64,000 bases of DNA from the IMG/VR virus record IMGVR_UViG_3300030419_005456, positions 32,001 to 96,000 of that record. One strand, 5' to 3'. The notes under the pieces are model-generated. The model made no database searches, was not told the DNA's origin, and saw only the letters and a list, made by a program, of their open reading frames with translations. Within the stretch, counting starts at the first letter, position 1. Each line of letters starts with the position of its first letter. Both the position numbers and the translations under genes were made by a program. This document shows, piece after piece, positions 29,309-38,825 of the stretch. Source of the DNA: a virus.

Positions 29309-30267
29309 TTTTCTTTACTTACTATGTCGGTTATAACGTCTTTAGAGTTAGGAAACTTTGGCTTCCAGCCTATAGATTTTAGCTTGGAATTATCAACCTT
29401 GATGATTTTATTATCACCCTTCCAAGTTGATTCTTCCCCAAGCCATTTTAGAGGTTTTTGTATCTGTAATCCATCCATAACAGCTTCGGCCACCTGTTCT
29501 ATATTTATGGAATCATCAGGTACAACATTGTATTCTTCATATTGTTCCAAATCAGATCCCGCCAGTAAAACTAAAGCTTCTAGTAAATCCTCTATGTGGC
29601 AAAAGGGTTTATTTGAACCGGGGTAGCTTCCCAAAACTTCTAGATATGGATTTTCACTACGTAGCTTTCTAATAAAGTCTTTAACTACGCCGTGAGTTAA
29701 CCCACCACCAACCGTGGCACAAAGTCTGGCAGAAGCCGCCTTAATTCTTCCCATGTTGGCATATGTTTCCAAGATGCTCTCAGAAGCCCTTTTTGTCATC
29801 CCGTAAACAGAAGTCGGACGAGTGTTATGCTTTTCTTTGTAGATGAGATTATCTGGAGAACGATCAGAATTAAATAACCAGTCGCCGTAAACAATTACGG
29901 AAGAGGCCAGTACGACCTTACAGCCTTCAGGAGCGTAATGAGCCACTTTTTGGGTGCTAACCATATTATCTAATATGATTTGATGTGGATTTTCCTCGTC
30001 TATTTTTACTAAAGGGTTGCTAGCTAAATGAAATATTACTTCTGGCTTATGTTCTTTACACAGATTTTCAAAGTTAAAGTATGTGTACCTAGATTGATCC
30101 GTTTCTCCCAAGTCTATGGCGTAATGTCTTTGTTCTACCCTTCTGTCCCTTTTGTTAACTAGTATTGGTCTGCGGGATAGGGTTATGACATCGTGGCCAA
30201 GTAGTCTTAGTTTGACAACTAAATGACTACCTATAAAACCTGTTGCACCTGTAACGAGTATTTTCAT
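29305..30267 (-). CDS. UDP-glucose 4-epimerase-like SDR
   Basis: TGATGFIG, HLAS, SSVIVYG, YGMTK, HGVVKDF. Confidence 0.85.
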   Translation of the reverse strand: MKILVTGATGFIGSHLVVKLRLLGHDVITLSRRPILVNKRDRRVEQRHYAIDLGETDQSRYTYFNFENLCKEHKPEVIFHLASNPLVKIDEENPHQIILDNMVSTQKVAHYAPEGCKVVLASSVIVYGDWLFNSDRSPDNLIYKEKHNTRPTSVYGMTKRASESILETYANMGRIKAASARLCATVGGGLTHGVVKDFIRKLRSENPYLEVLGSYPGSNKPFCHIEDLLEALVLLAGSDLEQYEEYNVVPDDSINIEQVAEAVMDGLQIQKPLKWLGEESTWKGDNKIIKVDNSKLKSIGWKPKFPNSKDVITDIVSKEK

Positions 30268-31313
30268 TATTCTCTTATCATGCTATTAAGAAAGTTTATA
30301 CATTTTTCTGCTTCTTGTGGCATTTCTAGTTCTTCAAAAATTTTGGCAACCCTGTGAAAGTATGTGTGGTTGTTCAAAACACAATCATGGCCACGTTGTA
30401 TGTAGGGAATTCTCTCTTCGGGGTTATTTATGTAATATTCGATTAGTTTCTCAAATTCTTCCGGCGTTTTTGCAAACACCATTTCGTCATTAGTAAACAC
30501 ATCATTCGCCATAGATTCTACATAGTCTGACACACAGAAACCACCGCTCATTAGTATCTTAAATGGTCTTTCGATGATGTCGTATCCAAAGTCTTGAGAG
30601 TGAGGCTCACTAACATTAGGACAAACAGTAGCCGATCTAAAAACGTGCTTGACATTTTCGTTCTGAATACGACCCATATATTGAATAACAGGCCAGTTGG
30701 AGCCGCCAAATATTTTGACATTAAACTTCCCTACCGGATGACAAAGCCTAAGCAAGTACTTATCCAAACACCGCGCTTTATACGGCCAATAGCCACCAAC
30801 AAAAGCAACATCAGACTTTAAAAAATCAACCTCTCCGGCTTCGGCATAATCAAACACGTCCGCCCCGTGAATGAGAGAGACGGGTTTAATTCCAACCGTT
30901 TTCCATCGGTTGTGTGTTTCTTTTAGCCAGTTGTCGTGATAATGGTTGTGAACAAAGTTTGGCTTATCGTGTTCACGCTTGAGTCTTTCTATCCATACAA
31001 TTTCTGCTTTATTTGCTGTTAATATTGGATATTTTTCACTGTCTATGTGATTTTGCATATCGCCCCAGTCAGAAGCTCTCATAACAACTTTTAGATGAGG
31101 TCTTTCGGCTATGCAGTTAAATACAGCCCTGTCTACGTTATATGTTTGACCCATAAAGATATCAGGTTCAAACTCGTCAAAAGCGTCATAGGCAGATTTG
31201 CTTTGAATATCCCATATAGCAACTTCATGCCCAATGGCTTGAAAAACTTTAGCCCACCCAAGTCTAATATAGTAATGGGCGTGAGGACCGTCGTTGCTGA
31301 TCATTATTTTCAT
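30267..31313 (-). CDS. CgeB-like GT-B glycosyltransferase
   Basis: DVAFVGG, ERPFKILMSGGFCVSD, HTYFHRV. Confidence 0.75.
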   Translation of the reverse strand: MKIMISNDGPHAHYYIRLGWAKVFQAIGHEVAIWDIQSKSAYDAFDEFEPDIFMGQTYNVDRAVFNCIAERPHLKVVMRASDWGDMQNHIDSEKYPILTANKAEIVWIERLKREHDKPNFVHNHYHDNWLKETHNRWKTVGIKPVSLIHGADVFDYAEAGEVDFLKSDVAFVGGYWPYKARCLDKYLLRLCHPVGKFNVKIFGGSNWPVIQYMGRIQNENVKHVFRSATVCPNVSEPHSQDFGYDIIERPFKILMSGGFCVSDYVESMANDVFTNDEMVFAKTPEEFEKLIEYYINNPEERIPYIQRGHDCVLNNHTYFHRVAKIFEELEMPQEAEKCINFLNSMIRE

Positions 31314-32026
31314 TGTTCTAAATCTCTAAGAGAGTTTATTTCTCGTATGCTCATACCTTCTGGTTCAAGAGCTTTGATTTTCGCACCTCTGTTTAGCATT
31401 GTGTTAAATAGCTCAAAGGGATACATCTTGTTTCGTTTTCTGTCCAAACATAAACTTTTAAACGTTTCTAATTCTTTTCCTTCTAGGTAAATTATCTGCG
31501 CCCATTTTGTCTCTAACCCATAAGAAAAGTTAGTTACTACGCCGTCTATTACAGTTACGCCCACGCTTTCTTCTTTAAATCTACCTTGGGAGTCAACTAG
31601 AATACAAGACCCATCCTTTGTGATGTCTTTTATTGACTTGGGGTTGAAAATTAAGTCTCCGTATATAATTAAAATTCGATCATGTATAGAATTATTAATC
31701 GCCAGTCTAAGGCTCTCTACTATGTTGGTTTGATCGTAAAGTTGATTTTCTATAACCCTAGCTTGCTTTGGTAAAACTTTAATTATTTTATCAGCCTCAA
31801 ACCCAACGACTGTAATTATTTCAGAAAAGGGAAAAAGGTTTTTTGTATCGTTAATAATTTTTGTAATTATAACATCTTCATGATTAAGGGGCAGCAAGCA
31901 TTTAGGGCCATAGGATTTCATTCTATGGCCCATTCCTGCTGCTGGTATAATTACGGTCAATTCTTTATCTCTTACCGTTCCAGCACCAGATTTTTTAGCT
32001 GACGTTATAAATCTGTTTTTAGACAT
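31310..32026 (-). CDS. LicC/MobA-like nucleotidyltransferase
   Basis: IIPAAGMGHRMKSYGPKCLL, TNIVESL, IYGDL, EIN. Confidence 0.8.
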   Translation of the reverse strand: MSKNRFITSAKKSGAGTVRDKELTVIIPAAGMGHRMKSYGPKCLLPLNHEDVIITKIINDTKNLFPFSEIITVVGFEADKIIKVLPKQARVIENQLYDQTNIVESLRLAINNSIHDRILIIYGDLIFNPKSIKDITKDGSCILVDSQGRFKEESVGVTVIDGVVTNFSYGLETKWAQIIYLEGKELETFKSLCLDRKRNKMYPFELFNTMLNRGAKIKALEPEGMSIREINSLRDLEQ

Positions 32027-32804
32027 TTGCCCTGCTGTGAAGTTTGTCTCTGACTCTAGCCCAGTTTTGTTCCCATACCGACTTGTTAACGACGAAACTG
32101 GAATTGTCTCCGGTTATTCTTACCTTCGTAAGAGACTCTGGGACGTGAGCGATGACGTATTTTTCGCTAATTCTCATCCATAAGTCATAGTCTTCGCAAG
32201 TTCTCATGTTTATGTCATAGAATCCGGTGTCCTCTTGTGTGTCAGACAACGCCTGTTTGCTTATTAAAGAACCACTATGAATTATACATTCTTCCAGAAG
32301 TCTTCTTCTGCTATACGGCTCTTTAAATTCTCTTATTGTCTTTTTTGTTTCAGTGTGGTATGTGTCATAGTCTGCATACACCACGCCAATGATTGACATG
32401 TCTTGTGACATAACATTAACACAAGCGGAAATTTTGTTCTCGTACATTTCATCGTCGGCATCAAGTATCGCATATACCTCTGCGTGAGGCCATGTATATC
32501 CTATGCCCCAGTTTCTAGCATCGCTGGGTCCGCCGTTTGGTTTTTGTATTACAACATATTTAATATTGCCGTTTTCACCCATGTTTTCTTGAAAAAACAC
32601 GCGCTGGTCTTTATAAGTGTCGGAAAGTTCTTTGGTAAAGAAGGTTCTTGCTGTATCCAAAGACTTATCGGTTGATCCATCGTCGATCACACATATTGTC
32701 AATGGGCCTATATAATCTTGCTTAAAAGCACTCTCTATAGACTTGCTTATATACTCTTCGTCGTTATAACAGGCTATAAGTACAACGACTGTTGGACTAC
32801 TCAT
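32019..32804 (-). CDS. GT2 glycosyltransferase
   Basis: IACYN, IDDGSTD, NGGPSDARN, LDADD, EDYDLW. Confidence 0.9.
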   Translation of the reverse strand: MSSPTVVVLIACYNDEEYISKSIESAFKQDYIGPLTICVIDDGSTDKSLDTARTFFTKELSDTYKDQRVFFQENMGENGNIKYVVIQKPNGGPSDARNWGIGYTWPHAEVYAILDADDEMYENKISACVNVMSQDMSIIGVVYADYDTYHTETKKTIREFKEPYSRRRLLEECIIHSGSLISKQALSDTQEDTGFYDINMRTCEDYDLWMRISEKYVIAHVPESLTKVRITGDNSSFVVNKSVWEQNWARVRDKLHSRANV

Positions 32805-33603
32805 TTTCCATTTGTTCCCATGTACGAACTACGTCCATTCCAGAATCTCCAAAGTCAGAGTCCTTTTGGATGGCTTCTATCTTAGATAACAGGGGGTTTG
32901 TCTGATTTCCGTTCAAGAACTTATGCATAACGCACTGAACTGTAGTTCCATTAATTCCGTCATCGCCTTTAATGTATCCTACAGAATCTAACTCATAGTT
33001 AACTTTATGGTTAATCAATGTGATAATATCTTTTCTGGGCGTCTTGCCAGCCTTTAGCACAGAATAGTAGCCATTTTTGAAGTTAGAAAAAACCAAGTCT
33101 ATGCACTCAAGTTCTGTAAGATCATCATCAAGAATGTTAGACACCTTGAAATCTACATCAAAATCTTCCAAGCTGTCTTGGGCTTTTTGGATAACGTCGA
33201 AGTGAGGTATGGAGGAGTTGTTTGCGATTAATATATGGCTTGGCTCACCATCTATTTCTTTAATCCCATCAAAGGTTGATTCCAAGTCAGCCAAGGCGGT
33301 TTCTTTGTCAAGATCTTTATTTGCACCGTCGCCTAGAATTACAACAAACCCAAGAGGCGTTACCAACTCGTTATTAACCTGTTCTATGGGGTTTTCGTAT
33401 TCGCTAGCCCAATCGCTTTCTCTATAGGCGTTACACCAAGCTTCAAGAACATAGAATTCATTTTCTTCCAAATCTTCGGCTTCGATAATATCAACGCCTT
33501 TTGATCTGAACTTTTCTATTCTTCCCAGTTTGCAATCAGTTTGGGTTTTTCCTATATAATTAGCAAAGACACAATCCTTGCAAGCTGTAGTTAGGTCGTT
33601 CAC
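32797..33603 (-). CDS. Hypothetical protein with an N-terminal Cys cluster, possibly a degenerate GT-A fold
   Basis: Likely GTG start at 33603 overlapping the upstream TGA (GTGA); CKDC...C...C. Confidence 0.5.
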   Translation of the reverse strand: MNDLTTACKDCVFANYIGKTQTDCKLGRIEKFRSKGVDIIEAEDLEENEFYVLEAWCNAYRESDWASEYENPIEQVNNELVTPLGFVVILGDGANKDLDKETALADLESTFDGIKEIDGEPSHILIANNSSIPHFDVIQKAQDSLEDFDVDFKVSNILDDDLTELECIDLVFSNFKNGYYSVLKAGKTPRKDIITLINHKVNYELDSVGYIKGDDGINGTTVQCVMHKFLNGNQTNPLLSKIEAIQKDSDFGDSGMDVVRTWEQMENE

Positions 33604-34109
33604 GGCCTTTCTCCTTCCACTATCATTTTGAAGCCTTTGATTCTTTGCTTGGTAACTCTGATGCCTTGAGATTCTAGAAAGGTTTTTAAGTCTTCCATCG
33701 TTGAATGACCCATTTTGACATCCCAAGCTTGACTAAACTCTCCGTGTATTAAAGAGTTAAGTGTTTTTAGATCTATTGCTTGTTTATAAAAAAGACGACA
33801 CACTTCAAGTATGTCGGTTCCACCAACAGTAATTTTTCCACCATGACGTAGTTTTGATATCCAATGAGCCAAAACATGTCTAGACTCTGACCACTCTAAA
33901 AAATCTAAAACATCTATTGCCACCAATTCTTTACACTCGGAATTAGAGACAATATCGTCAATATTTCTTATATCGCACTTAACAATGTTTGTTTGTTCTT
34001 GATTTGCATTCTCTAGAGAAACAGTTTCGCTTTTTCTCTGCAACGTAGGATCTATATTTACATATCCGCTTTTGTAGTTTTCGCTACCTATTGCTATATT
34101 TACTTTCAT
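33600..34109 (-). CDS. SAM-dependent methyltransferase-like protein
   Basis: Start at MKVNIAIGS; GYVNID, CDIR, LRHGGKI. Confidence 0.6.
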   Translation of the reverse strand: MKVNIAIGSENYKSGYVNIDPTLQRKSETVSLENANQEQTNIVKCDIRNIDDIVSNSECKELVAIDVLDFLEWSESRHVLAHWISKLRHGGKITVGGTDILEVCRLFYKQAIDLKTLNSLIHGEFSQAWDVKMGHSTMEDLKTFLESQGIRVTKQRIKGFKMIVEGERP

Positions 34110-34110
34110 C

Positions 34111-35127
34111 TTAACCCCTAAAACACATTTTTGCCGCCCTTTGGAACAATGAGTCCCAGTTGCCAACAAAATTTTCTTGAGAAAAATTGTCCACTATGGT
34201 CTTCCTTGCCGCTTCACCCATCTTCTTTGCTAGATCTTCGTCATTTAACAAATCAACGAGATATTGCTTTAATTCGGCCTCATCGTTGCTGATAAAACCG
34301 TTTACTCCATTTTCTACAATTTCTGGTATCATGCACGTAGATGTAGTAACAACGGCGCATCCACACGACATGGCTTCCAGCAGCGCTGTAGGTACAGGCG
34401 ATATAGTAGAAGTGTTTAGGAATATCCTACTGGACTGATATTCTTTTACCAAATCTTCTGTGCTTTTTGCTGCTTCTGATAACCCCGGAGTATCGCCAAC
34501 AACATGAATTGGTAGACCCGAAGAGACCCTTTGCCATATACCAAACCCACAACACCAGTCACGATTAATCCAATCATTCACAACAGAAAGAATTCTATTT
34601 TCTTTTTGTATAGAATTATCTGCATAAAATAGGTTGCTATCTACGCCATGGGTAATTACTATAGTATCATTTCTTGACTCCCATTGCCAGTCGTTAATGC
34701 TATAGTTTGAAATAAACACATTTACGTCGCCTCTCATGTGTCTTGTTTGAAACTTTACATCTTCGCTCCAATAAGGAACTGGCAGAGTATGTTCTAGGCT
34801 GACCAAAGGAAGTTGCAGGCTTCTTGATATTGGGTGAGCAACTTGAAACTGGCCAAATTTATTTTGGGAAAGCACCAAATCAAAGTCTACGTCTAGCGGA
34901 AGTTGACCTTCACCTAGCTCTTTGTTTAGAAGATGGTAATTGTCTGGAAGAGGAGCGTGCGTAGTATTCCAGTCTTTTATGCCTTCTGCTCTGTATGCAT
35001 AAAAATTGTGTCCTGTTTTAGCTAACGAAGTTTCATACCTCTCATGTGTAGGAAAGGTAAGTATGTTTAATGGCTCGTTAAACTTTCTAGTGGCCGCTCT
35101 GGTTATAGATGCTACTGGATTAGTCAT
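34111..35127 (-). CDS. GT4 glycosyltransferase
   Basis: HGVD, PTALLEAMSCGCAVVTT, ENGVNGF. Confidence 0.9.
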   Translation of the reverse strand: MTNPVASITRAATRKFNEPLNILTFPTHERYETSLAKTGHNFYAYRAEGIKDWNTTHAPLPDNYHLLNKELGEGQLPLDVDFDLVLSQNKFGQFQVAHPISRSLQLPLVSLEHTLPVPYWSEDVKFQTRHMRGDVNVFISNYSINDWQWESRNDTIVITHGVDSNLFYADNSIQKENRILSVVNDWINRDWCCGFGIWQRVSSGLPIHVVGDTPGLSEAAKSTEDLVKEYQSSRIFLNTSTISPVPTALLEAMSCGCAVVTTSTCMIPEIVENGVNGFISNDEAELKQYLVDLLNDEDLAKKMGEAARKTIVDNFSQENFVGNWDSLFQRAAKMCFRG

Positions 35128-36244
35128 TTAATAGCTCTTTGATTCTATTTCCTATGTTTTCGTGAGAATACTCGAAGGCTCTCAGCAACCCTTGCTGTCT
35201 CATCTTTGAATATTTGGGATCGCTGTCATTGTGCATATCGTACACTCTTCTCATGGCTTGTCGCAGTTCGTTAATATCAATCGAACACCAATTTTCTTCT
35301 GAGGTAAACAAATCTGCAAATGTCTCTGTCATTCCGAATACTGGCTCTTGTCTCCCAGACACCAAGACACCAGCATCTCCAACAAAATCAGCCATTCCTC
35401 CCACATTTGTACAAATCGGAGTATTTCCAAAGCCCATCGCGTCAAATGCTGGTATACACCAAGCTTCTCCGTAGCTGGGCATGACAAAACAATTACAGCT
35501 TTTATGTAGTCGCAACATGTCATTTTCAGACAAAAAGTCCGAGATGATTAAATCCTCTTTATAATCGTCAATAGAGGGATACTTTTTAAGACCTTCTTTA
35601 ATGGAATTGCATAAGTGTTGAATTTCAAGGGCGCATTGTTCCCCGTCTAATCCCGGCTTAGTGGATTTAATCAGAATAGACACGGGTTCGTGCGAATCAA
35701 ACTCTAAATGAAAAGCCTTTACAAAAGCTTCAAGATTTTTTCTTTTATTTAACTCACCTATAAAATAGAATACAAAATTATTCTCTATGTTTGGTATACC
35801 TAGTTTTTTATATCCAGACTCAAACTTTGAGAAGTTTGTTGCATGGGGTACAACATTTATTGGTATTGTTACCCCGCTGTCTTTAGAAGCTTGAACCATT
35901 TGATTATTTATAACCCAAGCTTCATCCATGCAGTTGATTTTTCTGTGCCAATTAGAATTGGTAAAGTTGCTTGTTTCTGTTGCATATAAAGCTATGTTTT
36001 TATCAAACCTACCGTTGTAATCCATCATATGAGGAAGGACGTGCTGTATGCATATATCACTCCCTAAGCTATCTTTGCTTTCTAGTTCTAATATTCTTTG
36101 GGGAAGATCGGGTTGGTTGTTATTAAGCTTGATAGCTCTAGGAACAACATCAATTCCAGCGGCATCCATTGACAGAATGTAATCAACGGCTGCCTGTCCC
36201 CATCCAGTACCTTCTCTGTAACAACCTATGTATAAGACTTTCAT
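35120..36244 (-). CDS. GT4 glycosyltransferase
   Basis: RKNL, FVMPSYGEAWCIPAFDAMGFG. Confidence 0.85.
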   Translation of the reverse strand: MKVLYIGCYREGTGWGQAAVDYILSMDAAGIDVVPRAIKLNNNQPDLPQRILELESKDSLGSDICIQHVLPHMMDYNGRFDKNIALYATETSNFTNSNWHRKINCMDEAWVINNQMVQASKDSGVTIPINVVPHATNFSKFESGYKKLGIPNIENNFVFYFIGELNKRKNLEAFVKAFHLEFDSHEPVSILIKSTKPGLDGEQCALEIQHLCNSIKEGLKKYPSIDDYKEDLIISDFLSENDMLRLHKSCNCFVMPSYGEAWCIPAFDAMGFGNTPICTNVGGMADFVGDAGVLVSGRQEPVFGMTETFADLFTSEENWCSIDINELRQAMRRVYDMHNDSDPKYSKMRQQGLLRAFEYSHENIGNRIKELLND

Positions 36245-37869
36245 TTAATTAATTCTTTTCTTTTCATTTCCCATGTGTTTCTTCTTTGGCAAAGGTCGGC
36301 CATCATTTGATAGGCAATTTCAATATCAAAAGGTTTAAACTCTGGTCTTACAAATTTATAAGAATCTTCATTTAAGTACATCTCGCCAGCGCCCTCGATA
36401 TACATACCATACTGCAAGTCTCTTACCATGCGAGCGTGCATGTAGGTGTTCAACCGCTCTGGTTCTCCAAGAACATTTACAATTAACCACTCCACATATT
36501 CTTTTGGGGGTAAATGACCCGGAACATCTGTAGGCGGATGGTGTATTCTTGGGGGAGATTTCCAAGTCTGTTCTTCTGGTAGAACTTCTACGCTGTCAAA
36601 ATATTCTTGCCATTTTTGTGCGGTTTGATCGTAGGAATAGTGTTTCTTAAAGTTGTTGTATACTTTTTCTCCAAACTTTTGTCTTTCTGCTTCAGGAAGT
36701 TCAAAGAATTCTTTTATTGCATTGGCTGTATAGTCATTGTCTGGAATAGCTCTGTTACAGCCTGTCTCCAATTCGTTGTATAGAGCTTTAACTTTTAGGG
36801 GTATCCCCCCAAGTTTTCTGACTACGCTGCTCATAGCAGAATAGTCCACACTCATTACGGGTACGGCACACGCGGCAGCTTCCACTTGTGGTAAACCAAA
36901 GCCTTCACTGTTGGCGTATTGTATGTAAAGATCAAAGGTGTTCATTATGCTAGAAAGAAATTCGTAGCTAACGCCATTCTTGACGCTGGCTAGACCTGCT
37001 GAATTACCACCGCATCTTGAACATTTTGTACGAGCGTCGGCAAAGAAGGACGGAAAGGCATGACCACAATCAGCACATACGTATGTAAAAATAACCTTGC
37101 TTGATAGTCCGTATTGATTAATAAGTTTGGGGATGTCCCAACCCAAGTCTGGATAACTAGTGTGGCAATACAGGTAAACGTCTTGTCTACCACTTTGATC
37201 TATAAACTTTCTAAAAGAGTCGAATAGATCTGGAAACAGTTTGCGCCTTTGGTTACGCATGACCGTTCCAACTATACTTATGTCCGAATCAAGACCCAAG
37301 CTTTCTTTGTGAGCCTTTTTATCTTCTACGGGTTGATAGGCAGCATCTGCTGATGGTGGAGCAGATCCCAAGCAATTAATCTTTCCGTTGGATTCTTTTT
37401 TGAGAATTTCGTATCCCCAGTCAGAATAATTAAAAACACCATTAGCATTAGAATAAGTGGCTACCCATTGTTCGTTTTGAGGGGCGGCATCAACTGTAGG
37501 CATAATAGCCCAGTTAAAAAACTGCCTGAAAGGAGATCTTTCTTGATATTCAAGCATCCAGAAATCTCGAATGTCAAAAACAATGTCTGGCCTAAATTCC
37601 AGCAAGGCTTCCTCAAATCGCCACTCGCCAAACTGGTTAGTCAGCTTTGAGTTGTACTCATCGACCTCCTGTTTATTTGTAGTGTCTGGCATGTTAGAAT
37701 AAAAAGTCCAAGGAGCATTATTTTCGTGATGTTCGCCATAACTAGCAAACTCAGCTAATTCATATTTGCCGGATTCATAAAGTCTTTTCATTACCTCTCT
37801 ACCATAAGTGGCATAACCGGTGTTTAGGTAAGTTGCTTCGCCGCAAAATAGTATTCGTTTTTTTCTCAT
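36241..37869 (-). CDS. GT4 glycosyltransferase with a Zn-ribbon insertion
   Basis: RNQRRK, SEGFGLPQVEAAAC; CADC...CSRC insert. Confidence 0.85.
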   Translation of the reverse strand: MRKKRILFCGEATYLNTGYATYGREVMKRLYESGKYELAEFASYGEHHENNAPWTFYSNMPDTTNKQEVDEYNSKLTNQFGEWRFEEALLEFRPDIVFDIRDFWMLEYQERSPFRQFFNWAIMPTVDAAPQNEQWVATYSNANGVFNYSDWGYEILKKESNGKINCLGSAPPSADAAYQPVEDKKAHKESLGLDSDISIVGTVMRNQRRKLFPDLFDSFRKFIDQSGRQDVYLYCHTSYPDLGWDIPKLINQYGLSSKVIFTYVCADCGHAFPSFFADARTKCSRCGGNSAGLASVKNGVSYEFLSSIMNTFDLYIQYANSEGFGLPQVEAAACAVPVMSVDYSAMSSVVRKLGGIPLKVKALYNELETGCNRAIPDNDYTANAIKEFFELPEAERQKFGEKVYNNFKKHYSYDQTAQKWQEYFDSVEVLPEEQTWKSPPRIHHPPTDVPGHLPPKEYVEWLIVNVLGEPERLNTYMHARMVRDLQYGMYIEGAGEMYLNEDSYKFVRPEFKPFDIEIAYQMMADLCQRRNTWEMKRKELIK

Positions 37870-38372
37870 TAGATATTAGCGTCTCTTAAAATTTCAATAA
37901 TATCTCGTATTTTACTAGTTAGTTCTGCTTTGGTGCATGACAGGTATTCACAAATTTCTGCATTTGTAAAATTAGATAGTTTCAGCTTCAGTATAAATTT
38001 CTGTTCGCTTGTTAGGTAGTCGGGTTCAATCTCAAAAAACGACCGCTTGTCTATAAAGTGCTTGCTAGCAGACTTCATAAGCTCGTTGTTGTAGAACAGC
38101 CTTAGTTTTTTACTGCTCTTCTCTTTTCTTTTTAAAGAAAGTATCTCATTTCTTATACAAACAGATGCGAACGTTGAAAACTTCGCTTTGCTTTCGTCAT
38201 GATTGCGTACAGCTTTTAGCAACCCTATCAATCCCACCTGCACGTAGTCTTCTATAACGCTATTGTCATCTAAAAAAGAAAGAGCTTGAGAAACAACTAA
38301 TCCATAATGTTCACGAACCAGTCGATCCTCAAGCTCTTCTTTTTGTTTGCTTGAATCTATCTCATTTTTCAT
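37869..38372 (-). CDS. Sigma-70 family RNA polymerase sigma factor (regions 2 and 4)
   Basis: DYVQVGLIGLLKAVRNHDESKAKFSTFA; C-terminal LTSEQKFIL...TNAEICEYL HTH. Confidence 0.85.
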   Translation of the reverse strand: MKNEIDSSKQKEELEDRLVREHYGLVVSQALSFLDDNSVIEDYVQVGLIGLLKAVRNHDESKAKFSTFASVCIRNEILSLKRKEKSSKKLRLFYNNELMKSASKHFIDKRSFFEIEPDYLTSEQKFILKLKLSNFTNAEICEYLSCTKAELTSKIRDIIEILRDANI

Positions 38373-38745
38373 TTAGGACTGCTTGTTGTTTCTCTTCAAC
38401 TTTATAACCCGTAGGCTCATTGTTGAAGAGTTTGAATTCTTTGACACGAAAACGGGTCTGAAGTCTTTTCTTTCCGTCTTTGTCTGTCCAAGATTTATTC
38501 TTAGCGGAGGTTACAACATCCACGATGTCCCCCTTCTTACAATGGTTTCCCAATGTAACAGCGCCAGAATCCCAAGCCTCAAAATCGAAATAGTTTACCG
38601 TCTTCTTTTTGTCTCCACCCTTTTCTTTGCGGTATTCATTAATGGCCAGCGTAAATGTAACAAGCTGTGTGTTATCCAGATTGACCAATTTAGGGTCCGC
38701 AGTTAAACGGCCAATAAAGCGACAGTAATTTGAAATTGAATTCAT
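38362..38745 (-). CDS. ssb: Single-stranded DNA-binding protein
   Basis: IGRLTADP, FTLAIN, FDFEAW, KKGD, SWTDKDG; GAGGGA RBS before the ATG at 38745. Confidence 0.9.
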   Translation of the reverse strand: MNSISNYCRFIGRLTADPKLVNLDNTQLVTFTLAINEYRKEKGGDKKKTVNYFDFEAWDSGAVTLGNHCKKGDIVDVVTSAKNKSWTDKDGKKRLQTRFRVKEFKLFNNEPTGYKVEEKQQAVLNEK

Positions 38746-38793
38746 AGCTCCCTCGTCATTCAAGTGTTGGTAAAACAAATCCCTTTCATCCTT

Positions 38794-38822
38794 AATATAC
38801 CGATCTTAGAAGAATTTTACAA
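38794..38822 (-). promoter_or_regulatory. Sigma70-like promoter TTGTAA-N17-TATATT upstream of ssb
   Basis: Exact 17-nt spacer, in one of the few intergenic gaps. Confidence 0.55.
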
Positions 38823-38825
38823 CAA

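Noticed and set aside
11102-37869. Ordinary bacterial O-antigen or capsule locus
   Set aside because: No flippase, polymerase, chain-length regulator, ABC exporter or initiating transferase, and the cluster is coupled to phage-type replication genes.
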